NCBI GenBank assembly: GCA_011174845.1
Contig: DUEW01000002.1
Location: 1-51,983 of the forward strand
Direction of reading: 5' to 3'
Length of the DNA stretch: 51,983 bases
Source of the DNA: Anaerolineae bacterium
GTDB lineage: Bacteria > Chloroflexota > Anaerolineae > Anaerolineales > E44-bin32
In this document: positions 18,355 through 27,591 of the stretch, in pieces
Layout of the letters: every line of letters begins with the position of its first letter
How positions within the stretch are numbered: position 1 is the stretch's first letter
Notes under the pieces: generated by a model
What the model saw: the letters and a program-made list of their open reading frames with translations, nothing else
Database searches by the model: none
Told to the model about the DNA's origin: nothing
Translations under genes and position numbers: made by a program

Positions 18355-19241
18355 TGGTGGAGAGTAGACAAGAGCAAAGGCTTGAAAAGTTTCCGGTAGC
18401 GAGCAAGGTAAATTGGGGAATGATCATTTCTCGGATAGGAGAATCGCTGATCATTTTGTTTATTGTAATACTTGTGCTCGGACCTTTTTATTGGATTATC
18501 ACGACATCCTTTAAACCAACGGCCGAAATATACGATCCTGTACCAACACTCTTCCCGCAGAAGTGGGTCCTCGACCATTACAAAAATCTGATTATGGGAA
18601 CGAATTACTTGTACTATCTCAGAAACAGCACGGCGGTCGCGATCGTCACGGTTGTGCTTACCTTGATCGTGTCCAGCTCGGCTGCTTATGCTCTGCATCG
18701 TCCCGCTTTCCCAGGGAAAGCTTTATTATCGAGGTTGATCCTTCTTAGCTACATGTTTCCAGGGATTTTACTGCTCGTTCCCTTATACCAGATGTTGACC
18801 AAATTAGGTCTCATCGACAAATTAATCAGTCTACCTCTTGTCATGGTTGCATTTACTTGCCCAATGAGCACCTGGTTGCTTGCCACATTCTTTAGCTTTA
18901 TCCCACGCGAAGTTGAAGAATCAGCGCTCATGGATGGCGCATCCAGGGTACGTGTTCTTACACAAATAATCATCCCATTGCTTAAGCCTGGGTTAGCAGC
19001 TGTTGGAATTTTTGTGTTCGTTATCTCCTGGGGCGAGTATATGTTCGCAAGTGTGTTTATTAACAGTGAGGTCCTCAAGACTCTCCCCGTCGGGCTTGCT
19101 GCTCTTATTGATCAATATCGCCTCGACTGGGGTCTGTTAGCAGCTGGAGCCACAGCCATTACAGTACCTGTAATCATCCTTTTCGCGTTAATGGGACGGC
19201 GCTTTGTAGAAGGGTTGATCTCTGGCGCTGTAAAAGGTTGA
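18354..19241 (+). CDS. Sugar ABC transporter permease (MalG-like)
   Basis: TSFKP, EESALMDGAS, TLPVGL, GAVKG C-terminus. Confidence 0.92.
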   Translation: MVESRQEQRLEKFPVASKVNWGMIISRIGESLIILFIVILVLGPFYWIITTSFKPTAEIYDPVPTLFPQKWVLDHYKNLIMGTNYLYYLRNSTAVAIVTVVLTLIVSSSAAYALHRPAFPGKALLSRLILLSYMFPGILLLVPLYQMLTKLGLIDKLISLPLVMVAFTCPMSTWLLATFFSFIPREVEESALMDGASRVRVLTQIIIPLLKPGLAAVGIFVFVISWGEYMFASVFINSEVLKTLPVGLAALIDQYRLDWGLLAAGATAITVPVIILFALMGRRFVEGLISGAVKG

Positions 19242-19434
19242 CATTAGGTCCAAGCGATATAGAACGAAGAAAGCTGGAAGGGTTTCCAGACATTAAGGAT
19301 CATCAAAGCTTCTTTACAATTTATCAGGATCACAAAGGAATCCGAAAAACCCAAAGAACCGCATACACCGATTATCTGTCATTTTTCAAGCCAATTTGTG
19401 TTCGAAAAAACATTCACTTTGTTGAGGGAGCATC

Positions 19435-20562
19435 ATGACAACATTGTTTCTTCGTGATCTAAACAAAAAATTTGGCGACAATTTAGTTGTGAATAATGTA
19501 AATCTCGACGTTCAAGATCAGGATTTCATCGTTCTCCTAGGACCTTCCGGATGTGGTAAGACAACCATCTTGCGTATGATCGCGGGTCTTGAAAAGGTTA
19601 CATCAGGTGAGATTATTCTGGATGGTGAGGTTATCAATCGTGTTCCACCACAAAGACGCGATATGGCGATGGTGTTTCAGAATTACGCACTGTATGCGCA
19701 CTTAAAAATCTTCGATAATCTTGCTTTCGGTCTGCGGATGCGCAAGACGCCAAAGGATGAGATTGAGAAGCGGGTGAAAGATGTGGCTGAGATGTTGCAC
19801 ATTGATCTTCTGCTCGATCGTATTCCACGGCAACTCTCTGGTGGAGAGCGCCAACGTGTTGCACTAGGACGGGCGATTGTGCGCGAACCGCGTCTCTTTC
19901 TCATGGATGAGCCACTGTCCAATCTTGATGCCTTGTTGCGAGTGCAGACACGGGTTGAAATTCTTCAATTGTGCCGCCGCATTGGTGCAACCGTTTTGTA
20001 TGTTACACATGATCAGACAGAAGCCATGACCATGGGACAACGCATTGTCTTGCTCAGAAAGGGTGTGGTTCAACAAATAGACACAGCCGAAGGACTTTAT
20101 AATAAACCTGCCAACAGGTTCGTTGGTCATTTTGTTGGCTCACCACCAATGAACTTCTTGGAAGATGTCATTCTATCTCATGAAAATGACCGATGGTCGG
20201 TAAAATCACAAGATTTTTCATTGGATCTGAGTGGCTACGAAAATGCTGCCAAGATAAAGCAAGCACCGGAATTGGTCTCACGATCTGTTGTGGTTGGTTT
20301 CCGCCCTGACGCAGTTAAATTCATTTCAAGTGATGAGCCCGAAGAAGGCATTCCGGCATCAGTTGAGGTTGTAGAGGTTTTAGGCCGCGAAGCACTTGTA
20401 TATTGCGATATCGGTCAGCAACTAATCTGCGCAGTCGTACCTCCACAGCAAACCCCAAGAACCGGCGAGAAAATCGTCATTGGTGTTGATGCTAGCAAGT
20501 TGCATCTCTTCGATAGTGAGAGTGGCAAGAACATTGCTGTCCTTACCGATACATCTCCGTAA
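19435..20562 (+). CDS. Sugar ABC transporter ATP-binding protein (MalK/UgpC-like)
   Basis: GPSGCGKT, MVFQNYALY, LSGGERQR, MDEPLSNLD, YVTHDQ. Confidence 0.95.
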   Translation: MTTLFLRDLNKKFGDNLVVNNVNLDVQDQDFIVLLGPSGCGKTTILRMIAGLEKVTSGEIILDGEVINRVPPQRRDMAMVFQNYALYAHLKIFDNLAFGLRMRKTPKDEIEKRVKDVAEMLHIDLLLDRIPRQLSGGERQRVALGRAIVREPRLFLMDEPLSNLDALLRVQTRVEILQLCRRIGATVLYVTHDQTEAMTMGQRIVLLRKGVVQQIDTAEGLYNKPANRFVGHFVGSPPMNFLEDVILSHENDRWSVKSQDFSLDLSGYENAAKIKQAPELVSRSVVVGFRPDAVKFISSDEPEEGIPASVEVVEVLGREALVYCDIGQQLICAVVPPQQTPRTGEKIVIGVDASKLHLFDSESGKNIAVLTDTSP

Positions 20563-20594
20563 TCTGTCAGTAGTTGTCTCTAGAAGGCTTCTCA

Positions 20595-21515
20595 ATGGCT
20601 AAAGTACGAACGGTTCTAGGTGATGTTGATCCGCAAGAGATTGGCATTACGTTAATCCATGAACATCTTTTCTATGATCGAATCGGAGAAGAGGAACAAA
20701 ACCGAAAGTTCGTGGATCTTGAAGTACAGAGAAAAGAGTTAAGCGGCTTCCAAGAGCAGGGAGGGAAGTGTGTTGTTGATCAAACGACGATCGATCTAGG
20801 GCGTCAACCCAAATTACTCCAACGTTTAGCAGAGGAAACGGGTTTACACATTATTGCAAGCACAGGTTTTTACCATGAGCCGTGGCTACCTGAAATAGTG
20901 CGTAATGCTGATATCAATCAAATCGCTCATCAAATGATCAACGAGATCGATGAGGCTATCGAAGGTGTAGATTTTCGGGCGGGTTTAATTGGTGAGATAG
21001 GATCTACTGAAATAGGCACCACGGCTCAAGAAGAAAAAGTGCTCAGGGCAGCAGCGCGGGCTCACCAGGCGACAGGAGCTCCGATTAGCACCCACACCAT
21101 AGCCGGTGCGGAAGCACTCCACCAGATTGCGATTCTTAAAGAAGAGGGTGTTGAACTACAAAAAGTGATTATTAGTCATGTCGACTTAGATCATGTTGAG
21201 CACCTGTGTTTGATTGCTGAACAGGGGGTGTTCCTAGGTTTTGATACGATTGGCAAGCCACGTTTCCGGGATGAATATCGGATGACAGGGGATGAAATAC
21301 GCTTGGAAGTATTGTGTGCGATGGTGAAGGCAGGATTCGAAGATCAAATTCTGCTTTCGCATGACATCAGCAATCCGGATTATCTAAGCACCAATGGCGG
21401 ACACGGATATATCCATCTTTTGGGCGAATTCGTCCCACGTCTGCACGATAGATTATCTGAAACCACAATCGAAAAGTTTATAATCCACAATCCTCGACGT
21501 GCACTTGAATTTTAA
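20595..21515 (+). CDS. Phosphotriesterase-family (PHP-like) amidohydrolase, copy 1
   Basis: VRTVLG, IHEH, IGEIG, STHT, SHVD, LSHD, NPRR. Confidence 0.88.
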   Translation: MAKVRTVLGDVDPQEIGITLIHEHLFYDRIGEEEQNRKFVDLEVQRKELSGFQEQGGKCVVDQTTIDLGRQPKLLQRLAEETGLHIIASTGFYHEPWLPEIVRNADINQIAHQMINEIDEAIEGVDFRAGLIGEIGSTEIGTTAQEEKVLRAAARAHQATGAPISTHTIAGAEALHQIAILKEEGVELQKVIISHVDLDHVEHLCLIAEQGVFLGFDTIGKPRFRDEYRMTGDEIRLEVLCAMVKAGFEDQILLSHDISNPDYLSTNGGHGYIHLLGEFVPRLHDRLSETTIEKFIIHNPRRALEF

Positions 21516-21879
21516 TTCACCACTTTCCCTGGAAGGCTTCGATTCAATGGTTGATATAGCATCGAAGAAACATCTCCTTGTCTCTAATTTATTAAAAAAA
21601 GGTATCGAGATGTAGTTATAAGGAAATGAACGATGAGATAGGCTAAGAAACGAAGGAGTGACGGCAATTATCGGTCCACCACATACTTGAATCAAACGTC
21701 TTAGATACTGGGTACAATTATAAGATTCTCTGCAAGAGTATTAAGTGAGCTTCTCAAAGTCCGGACTTAAGTCGAAGCCAATTGACACTTCGAGAGCGGT
21801 AAGCAATTAGATAATTAAACGAAACAGTTTTTTACCCCCTTTATTCACACTTTTATCGTCAGATTTGGAGAACATATCT

Positions 21880-22746
21880 ATGAAAAAAGTCCGAACAGTA
21901 ATGGGCGATGTCGATCCCGAAGAAATCGGCATTACATTGATTCATGAACACACATACCTTTTAGATCACAAAATTCAATTCAAAGAACTAGCTGATTTCA
22001 AAAAACAAGGTGGGAGTTGTGTTGTGGATCAGACGACGATTGACCTCGGTCGTCAACCAGATCTACTCAAACAGCTTACTGAAATGACCGGTCTTCATGT
22101 CATCGCAAGCACTGGTTTTTATCGTGAGGAGCACCACCCTGATACAATCAGCGGTGCTGAAATAGGCTTCATCGCAGATATGATGATCAGGGAAATTGAA
22201 GAATCAATTGAAGGAGTAGCTTATAAGGCTGGTCTCATTGGTGAGGTTGGTACGACCGAATTCGGTACCACCCAGCAAGAGGTGAAAACACTCCGCGCAT
22301 CAGCCCGAGCTCATCTTGCGACTGGAGTGACGGTTAGCGTTCATACCATGGGTGGCGCAGAAGCGTTAAAAGCGATTGATATATTAACAGACGAAGGTGT
22401 TGCTCCTCAGCGTATTATGATTGACCACATCGATCTCGATCATGTTGAGCATTTGCGGATGGTAGCAGAGCGAGGAGTGTTTCTCGGTTTCGATACGATA
22501 GGCAAAACACGTTACCGCGACGACACACTCCGTTTAGATGTGCTGTGTGCGATGGTGGATGCGGGATATGAGGATCTGATTGTTTTGTCTCACGACATCA
22601 GCAAACCCGATTATCTGAAAACGAACGGAGGGCATGGCTACGTCCATTTATTGGGCACATTCGTCCCCCGTCTCCGAGAAAGGGTATCTGAAGAAACGAT
22701 CGAAAAATTCTTAATAAACAATCCTCGTCGTGTACTTGCTTTTTAA
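21880..22746 (+). CDS. Phosphotriesterase-family (PHP-like) amidohydrolase, copy 2
   Basis: VRTVMG, IHEH, IGEVG, SVHT, DHID, LSHD, NPRR; clear paralog of copy 1. Confidence 0.88.
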   Translation: MKKVRTVMGDVDPEEIGITLIHEHTYLLDHKIQFKELADFKKQGGSCVVDQTTIDLGRQPDLLKQLTEMTGLHVIASTGFYREEHHPDTISGAEIGFIADMMIREIEESIEGVAYKAGLIGEVGTTEFGTTQQEVKTLRASARAHLATGVTVSVHTMGGAEALKAIDILTDEGVAPQRIMIDHIDLDHVEHLRMVAERGVFLGFDTIGKTRYRDDTLRLDVLCAMVDAGYEDLIVLSHDISKPDYLKTNGGHGYVHLLGTFVPRLRERVSEETIEKFLINNPRRVLAF

Positions 22747-22787
22747 CGGCGATGCACCATTAGCTATCCTATTATCCGGAGGTGAAC

Positions 22788-24389
22788 ATGCCCTCAAGAA
22801 AATTCTTTCTTGTCCTTGACTTGGGCACCGGTAGCGGTCGAGCTGTGGTCTACGATGACCTCGGCACCGAGTTGGGTTATGAAGCCCGGGAGTGGAAACA
22901 TTCAATTGACCCCCGATACCCAGGTTCGGTCGATTTCGACACCGAGCGTAACTGGCATGTCTTGTGCGATTGCATTCAAGGGGCCATCTCAAAATCTGGA
23001 ATCACACCATCAGAGATAACAGCGGTAAGTGAGACAGGGATGCGCCTGGGTACGGTCTTCTACGATAAGGCAGGCAGCATCCTGTTCGCTTGCACTAACA
23101 CCGATACTCGCGCGGATAAGCAAACCGCTGAGTTGATCGACCGTGGGCTTGGACCCAAGATATATGAAATCGACGGTGAATGGCCAGGCATCGGTGGTCC
23201 ATCCGTAGAATTACTTTGGTTACGCGAGAACGAGCCAGGAACCTTTGAGAAGGTTGCTCACGTGACCATGCTCACAGATTGGATGTTATACAAATTGTCA
23301 GGTGAGTACAGTGTCGATCCCTCATGTGCTGGCACCTCAGGTATGTTCGATGGACGAAAGCGACAGTGGTCCGAGGAGATCGCAAATTGGTTGGACATCC
23401 CCACGAATATCCTGGCGCCAGTAAATGAATCTGGCACAGTGATTGGGAAGATTACTGCGCAAGCGGCCCTAGAGACTGGGTTGCCTGAAGGCTTGCCTGT
23501 GGTCCAAGGTGGTTCAGATGCTGCAGCTGGCTTAGCAGGAGGCGCTGTGGTTCAACCTGGCCAGACTTATGTAGGTACGGGGTCTTTCTGGAATGGAACG
23601 GTTGTCACTGGAGAAATGATCATTGATCCGGAGGCACGAGCGAAGATCCTGCCCCATATTGTTCCTGATCGATGGCAATTCGAGGGCGTCTGCTTCTATG
23701 GTGGCTACATGGTCCGCTGGTTCCGAGACGCCTTTTGTCAAGAAGAGAAGAGACTCGCGCAGCGATTGGGGATAGACGCATACAAGATCCTCGATGAACA
23801 AGCTTCACTGGTTCCTCCCGGAGCTTATGGGATTCAAGCTTCAGTTGCGGGGGTCATTGACACCAAACGCTGGATCGTGCCACCACCGACCTTCATGGGG
23901 TGGAGCATCGATGCGCCGCACGAATCCACCAAATATGTTTTTTATCGGGCGCTTTTAGAAAATGCAGCTTTTCAGATTCGTGGCACCTTTGAGTTATTGT
24001 CAAGCATTACTGGGCATAAGATTGAGGAGACACCTATTGTCGGTGGCGCTTCTAGGAGTTATCTGTGGCCACAGATCCTCGCAGATGTCATCGGTATACC
24101 GATTAAGGTCCCAGTGGTGAAAGAGTCACCGGCGCTCGGTGCAGCGATGTGTGCGGCAGTCGGTGCTGGTGTGTATCGTGACTTACCTGAAGCAGCGGAA
24201 GCCATGGTGTCGTGGGAATCGATCCACTATCCCACAACCAACGAAGATATTCACACGGTCTATCATGAGAAATATCAGCAATGGGTTTCTCTTTTCGATC
24301 GCTTGATGGAAATCGTCGATGATACGATCATGCCCCCAATGTGGAAGGCGGCAGGTATCCGGATTGGCCGACCAAAGAGTGACAGGTAG
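22788..24389 (+). CDS. FGGY carbohydrate kinase, LsrK (autoinducer-2 kinase)-like
   Basis: DLGTGSGRAV, PGSVDFD...NW, RWFRDAFCQEEK, RLGID, C-terminal WKAAG strongly resemble LsrK; GGAGG RBS. Confidence 0.85.
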   Translation: MPSRKFFLVLDLGTGSGRAVVYDDLGTELGYEAREWKHSIDPRYPGSVDFDTERNWHVLCDCIQGAISKSGITPSEITAVSETGMRLGTVFYDKAGSILFACTNTDTRADKQTAELIDRGLGPKIYEIDGEWPGIGGPSVELLWLRENEPGTFEKVAHVTMLTDWMLYKLSGEYSVDPSCAGTSGMFDGRKRQWSEEIANWLDIPTNILAPVNESGTVIGKITAQAALETGLPEGLPVVQGGSDAAAGLAGGAVVQPGQTYVGTGSFWNGTVVTGEMIIDPEARAKILPHIVPDRWQFEGVCFYGGYMVRWFRDAFCQEEKRLAQRLGIDAYKILDEQASLVPPGAYGIQASVAGVIDTKRWIVPPPTFMGWSIDAPHESTKYVFYRALLENAAFQIRGTFELLSSITGHKIEETPIVGGASRSYLWPQILADVIGIPIKVPVVKESPALGAAMCAAVGAGVYRDLPEAAEAMVSWESIHYPTTNEDIHTVYHEKYQQWVSLFDRLMEIVDDTIMPPMWKAAGIRIGRPKSDR

Positions 24390-24403
24390 GAAGGATATGT
24401 AAA

Positions 24404-25141
24404 ATGGATTTTGATGGCCAAGTAGCAATAGTGACTGGAGCGGCTCGTGGGATTGGACGAGCGATTGCAATACAGCTAGCGTCTTCTGGAGCGAAAATTG
24501 TCGTGACCGACATACAATCCTCAAAATCTGAGGATGTTGTTAAGGAGATTGTTGATATCGGTGGAGAGGCGAAGTCGATACAAGTTGATGTGACTAAAGC
24601 AGATCAGGTCCAGAAAATGGTAGATGAAACCCTCGACGCATACGGCCGTATCGATATCCTGGTGAATAATGCCGGGATATTTACCGCCGCAACCTTCCCC
24701 GAAATGACAGAAGCACAGTGGGATGAGATGCTGGCAGTACATCTCAAAGGTACATTCCTCTGTTCACGTGCAGTGATCGAACACATGCTTGACCGAGGAT
24801 CAGGTTGTATCATCAATATCGCTTCCACCTCTGGCATATCTGGAGGAACATCCGGCGCACATTATGCTGCTGCAAAAGGGGGTGTGATTGCATTTACTCG
24901 TTCGATAGGTAAGGAATTGGCGGGAAAAGGAATACGGGTCAATGCAGTGGCACCCAGCAAGATCGAGACCGATATGTTGCAGGGCGTTGATACTCCGGAA
25001 GCTCGTGCTCAATTGATCCGTAAAATACCTCTAGGCAGACTCGGTCGACCGGAGGACATTGCGGAAGTTGTCGTCTTTCTAGCTTCCGAGAGTGCCAGCT
25101 ACATCGTTGGAGAGGTCATCGTCGCATCAGGTGGTTATTGA
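24404..25141 (+). CDS. Classical short-chain dehydrogenase/reductase
   Basis: TGAARGIG, NNAG, YAAAK, NAVAP. Confidence 0.92.
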   Translation: MDFDGQVAIVTGAARGIGRAIAIQLASSGAKIVVTDIQSSKSEDVVKEIVDIGGEAKSIQVDVTKADQVQKMVDETLDAYGRIDILVNNAGIFTAATFPEMTEAQWDEMLAVHLKGTFLCSRAVIEHMLDRGSGCIINIASTSGISGGTSGAHYAAAKGGVIAFTRSIGKELAGKGIRVNAVAPSKIETDMLQGVDTPEARAQLIRKIPLGRLGRPEDIAEVVVFLASESASYIVGEVIVASGGY

Positions 25142-25191
25142 ATGACTAATAATGTCTGAAATAGAGTGATAGGTGTAATTTACGCATTCAT

Positions 25192-26361
25192 ATGGCCAAG
25201 CTGAGTCACCGCGATAGATTATTAAGAGCACTAAATCATCAACCGCCAGATCGTATTCCATTGGATTTGGGCAGCCATCCGAATGCGTCCATTCATATTC
25301 GTGCATATGAAGAGCTTAAATCACACCTTGGTATCAAATCTGAAAATAAGATGATGCATCGATGGATGCAGGTAGCTTTGGTTGATGAAGAGATATTACG
25401 GTTTTTTGATATCGATACGCGCAGGTTAGCCCTTGGAAAACGGGACATTCCTCTTGAGTGTAACCTTGAGGATGAGACATACATCGATCAATGGGGAGTT
25501 GTCCGCCGTAAACCTCCCGGCGCCTTATACTATGAAGTTATAAAGAGTCCTTTAGTAGGTGAAATTTCGATATCAGACATTGTTCAATACCCGTGGCCAG
25601 ACCCTCACGACGGTGGTGTCACCCGAGGTCTTCGCGAGCGAGCGCAAGTATTAAGGCAGAGAACAGACTTCGCTGTTGTGGTTACAGTACCCGCAGCATT
25701 TGTGCACTATACTCAATTCATTCGAGGGTTTGAGGATTGGTATATTGATTGTGTCAATGATGTTCGATTGATTGAGACACTCTTTGATGCTGTTCTTGAA
25801 ATTAATATCGCATCGGTGCAGGAAATCCTGCATGAGATCGGCGACTTGGTCGATGTTGTAGTAACAGCTGATGATTTGGGCGATCAGAGAGGGACGATCG
25901 TCTCCCCCGCCTTATTTCGAACATTACTTAAGTCTCGACTTAAAAGATACTTTGATGAGATCCATCGACTTACGGAGGCGAAACTCTTGTTTCACACATG
26001 TGGCTCCGTCTTTGATATAGTACGGGATCTCATTGAAATTGGCGTTGATGTGCTCAACCCCATTCAAGTGAGCGCAGCGAAGATGAATACAGAACGGTTA
26101 AAGACTGAGGTCGGTGCTAAATTGGCGTTTTGGGGAGCAATCGATACACAACAAGTATTGTCATACGGTTCAGTATCCGATGTCGAGGCTGAGGTGAAGC
26201 AACGAATTATTGACTTGGCTCCTGGAGGGGGTTACGTGTTGTCAGCGGTTCACAATATTCAACCTGGAGTTCCCCCGGAAAATATCTGCGAGATGTTCCG
26301 AGCAGCCCAAGAGCTTGGAGCATTTTCGGACCATAATCCAATAATGAAAGCCCTTGCGTGA
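25192..26361 (+). CDS. Uroporphyrinogen decarboxylase-like (UroD/MtaA superfamily) protein
   Basis: DRIPLDLG, YPWPDP, DDLG.Q, FHTCG, FWGAIDTQ, GGGYVL..VHNIQ..VPPENI. Confidence 0.82.
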   Translation: MAKLSHRDRLLRALNHQPPDRIPLDLGSHPNASIHIRAYEELKSHLGIKSENKMMHRWMQVALVDEEILRFFDIDTRRLALGKRDIPLECNLEDETYIDQWGVVRRKPPGALYYEVIKSPLVGEISISDIVQYPWPDPHDGGVTRGLRERAQVLRQRTDFAVVVTVPAAFVHYTQFIRGFEDWYIDCVNDVRLIETLFDAVLEINIASVQEILHEIGDLVDVVVTADDLGDQRGTIVSPALFRTLLKSRLKRYFDEIHRLTEAKLLFHTCGSVFDIVRDLIEIGVDVLNPIQVSAAKMNTERLKTEVGAKLAFWGAIDTQQVLSYGSVSDVEAEVKQRIIDLAPGGGYVLSAVHNIQPGVPPENICEMFRAAQELGAFSDHNPIMKALA

Positions 26362-26471
26362 TTTGACTTTGATAAGTGGAATACATATTTTAAGAATTCC
26401 TTTTCGAAGTATAGATGTCTGATCAAAGTGTTTCTACCTGAATTCCATAATCTTGTTGTAGGTGATCGTCA

Positions 26472-27506
26472 GTGCGTGTATTACATTTAATGGGACCAAG
26501 AGAATTCCAATGGGAGGACGAACCCACTCCTCAACCAGGTCCTGGTGAAGTACGGCTTCAGGTACAGGCAGTGGGGATCTGTGCCTCCGATATCCACACC
26601 TATGCTCATGGACGCATAGGAGATGTCACCCTCGAATCGCCACTCGTTCTGGGACATGAAGCCTCCGCGAGAGTCGATGCACTAGGCCCTGATGTTGAAG
26701 GGTTAATACCAGGACAACTGGTAGCTGTTGACCCGGCCATGCCCTGTAACTCCTGTGAATTTTGTCTGCAGGGTAACCCAAATTTCTGTAAAGCACTCCG
26801 TTTCTTCGGCAACTGGCCTCATGATGGTGCTCTGCGTGAGTTGTTAAACCATCCAGCAGAATTGGTTTATCCAGTCCCCGAGAGTTTCACGAGTATCGAT
26901 ACAGCTATGCTAGAGCCATTGGGTGTAGGGTTGCATGCACTCCAGTTGGGTCACATACACCCTGGTGATCATGTCGCGGTGCATGGGTGTGGCCCGATTG
27001 GATTGCTGGTAATAAAACTTGCCAGGCTTGCTGGCGCGGGGGAGATCATTGCCATCGAACCGATACCACATCGTCGTCAAATGGCAACAGAAGTGGGTGC
27101 AGACATTGTTCTTCCATTGGATAACAACCAAGTCCACGCGGTGAGAGAAATCACCCATGGACGAGGTGTAGATAAGGTGTTTGAGGCTGCCGGTGAGAAT
27201 GATGCAGTTCGAGATGCTGTCGAAGTGTGTAAACCTGGCGGAAGGGTGATTTTAATCGGGATTCCTGCAGAAGATGTGACCAGTTTCAGGGCATCTGCTG
27301 CCCGACACAAGGGCCTGACTATTTTGGTTGTACGCAGGATGAAGCATACCTACCCGCGCGCGATCTCTTTGGTTAAATCAGGTAAGATCGATTTCGGCAA
27401 ATTGGTCACACACCAATTTCCTTTTCAACAGGCAGCCGAAGCTTTTCGTCTGGTAGAATTTCGAGAAGATAAAGTCATTAAGGCGATTGTGAAGGTCTCG
27501 GCGTAG
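26472..27506 (+). CDS. Zn-dependent sorbitol/iditol dehydrogenase-like protein
   Basis: GICASD, LGHE, C..C..C, EPL, GCGPIG, LVTHQF. Confidence 0.9.
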   Translation: MRVLHLMGPREFQWEDEPTPQPGPGEVRLQVQAVGICASDIHTYAHGRIGDVTLESPLVLGHEASARVDALGPDVEGLIPGQLVAVDPAMPCNSCEFCLQGNPNFCKALRFFGNWPHDGALRELLNHPAELVYPVPESFTSIDTAMLEPLGVGLHALQLGHIHPGDHVAVHGCGPIGLLVIKLARLAGAGEIIAIEPIPHRRQMATEVGADIVLPLDNNQVHAVREITHGRGVDKVFEAAGENDAVRDAVEVCKPGGRVILIGIPAEDVTSFRASAARHKGLTILVVRRMKHTYPRAISLVKSGKIDFGKLVTHQFPFQQAAEAFRLVEFREDKVIKAIVKVSA

Positions 27507-27514
27507 ATCCCCCC

Positions 27515-27545
27515 AAAAAAAGAAATCCTCTCCCTCGAGGATTTC
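27515..27545 (-). terminator. Intrinsic terminator of the spt-like operon
   Basis: GAAATCCTC-6 nt-GAGGATTTC hairpin followed by T7 on the minus strand. Confidence 0.7.
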
Positions 27546-27591
27546 CAGTATCAGAATGAGATTGTCTAGCTAGGGGCGAAAATCGTTAATT

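Noticed and set aside
3594-27545. Integrative element or genomic island inserted at selC
   Set aside because: No integrase, no duplicated tRNA 3' end seen, and a conserved-looking protease gene follows the tRNA; the sugar region may be accessory but mobility is unsupported
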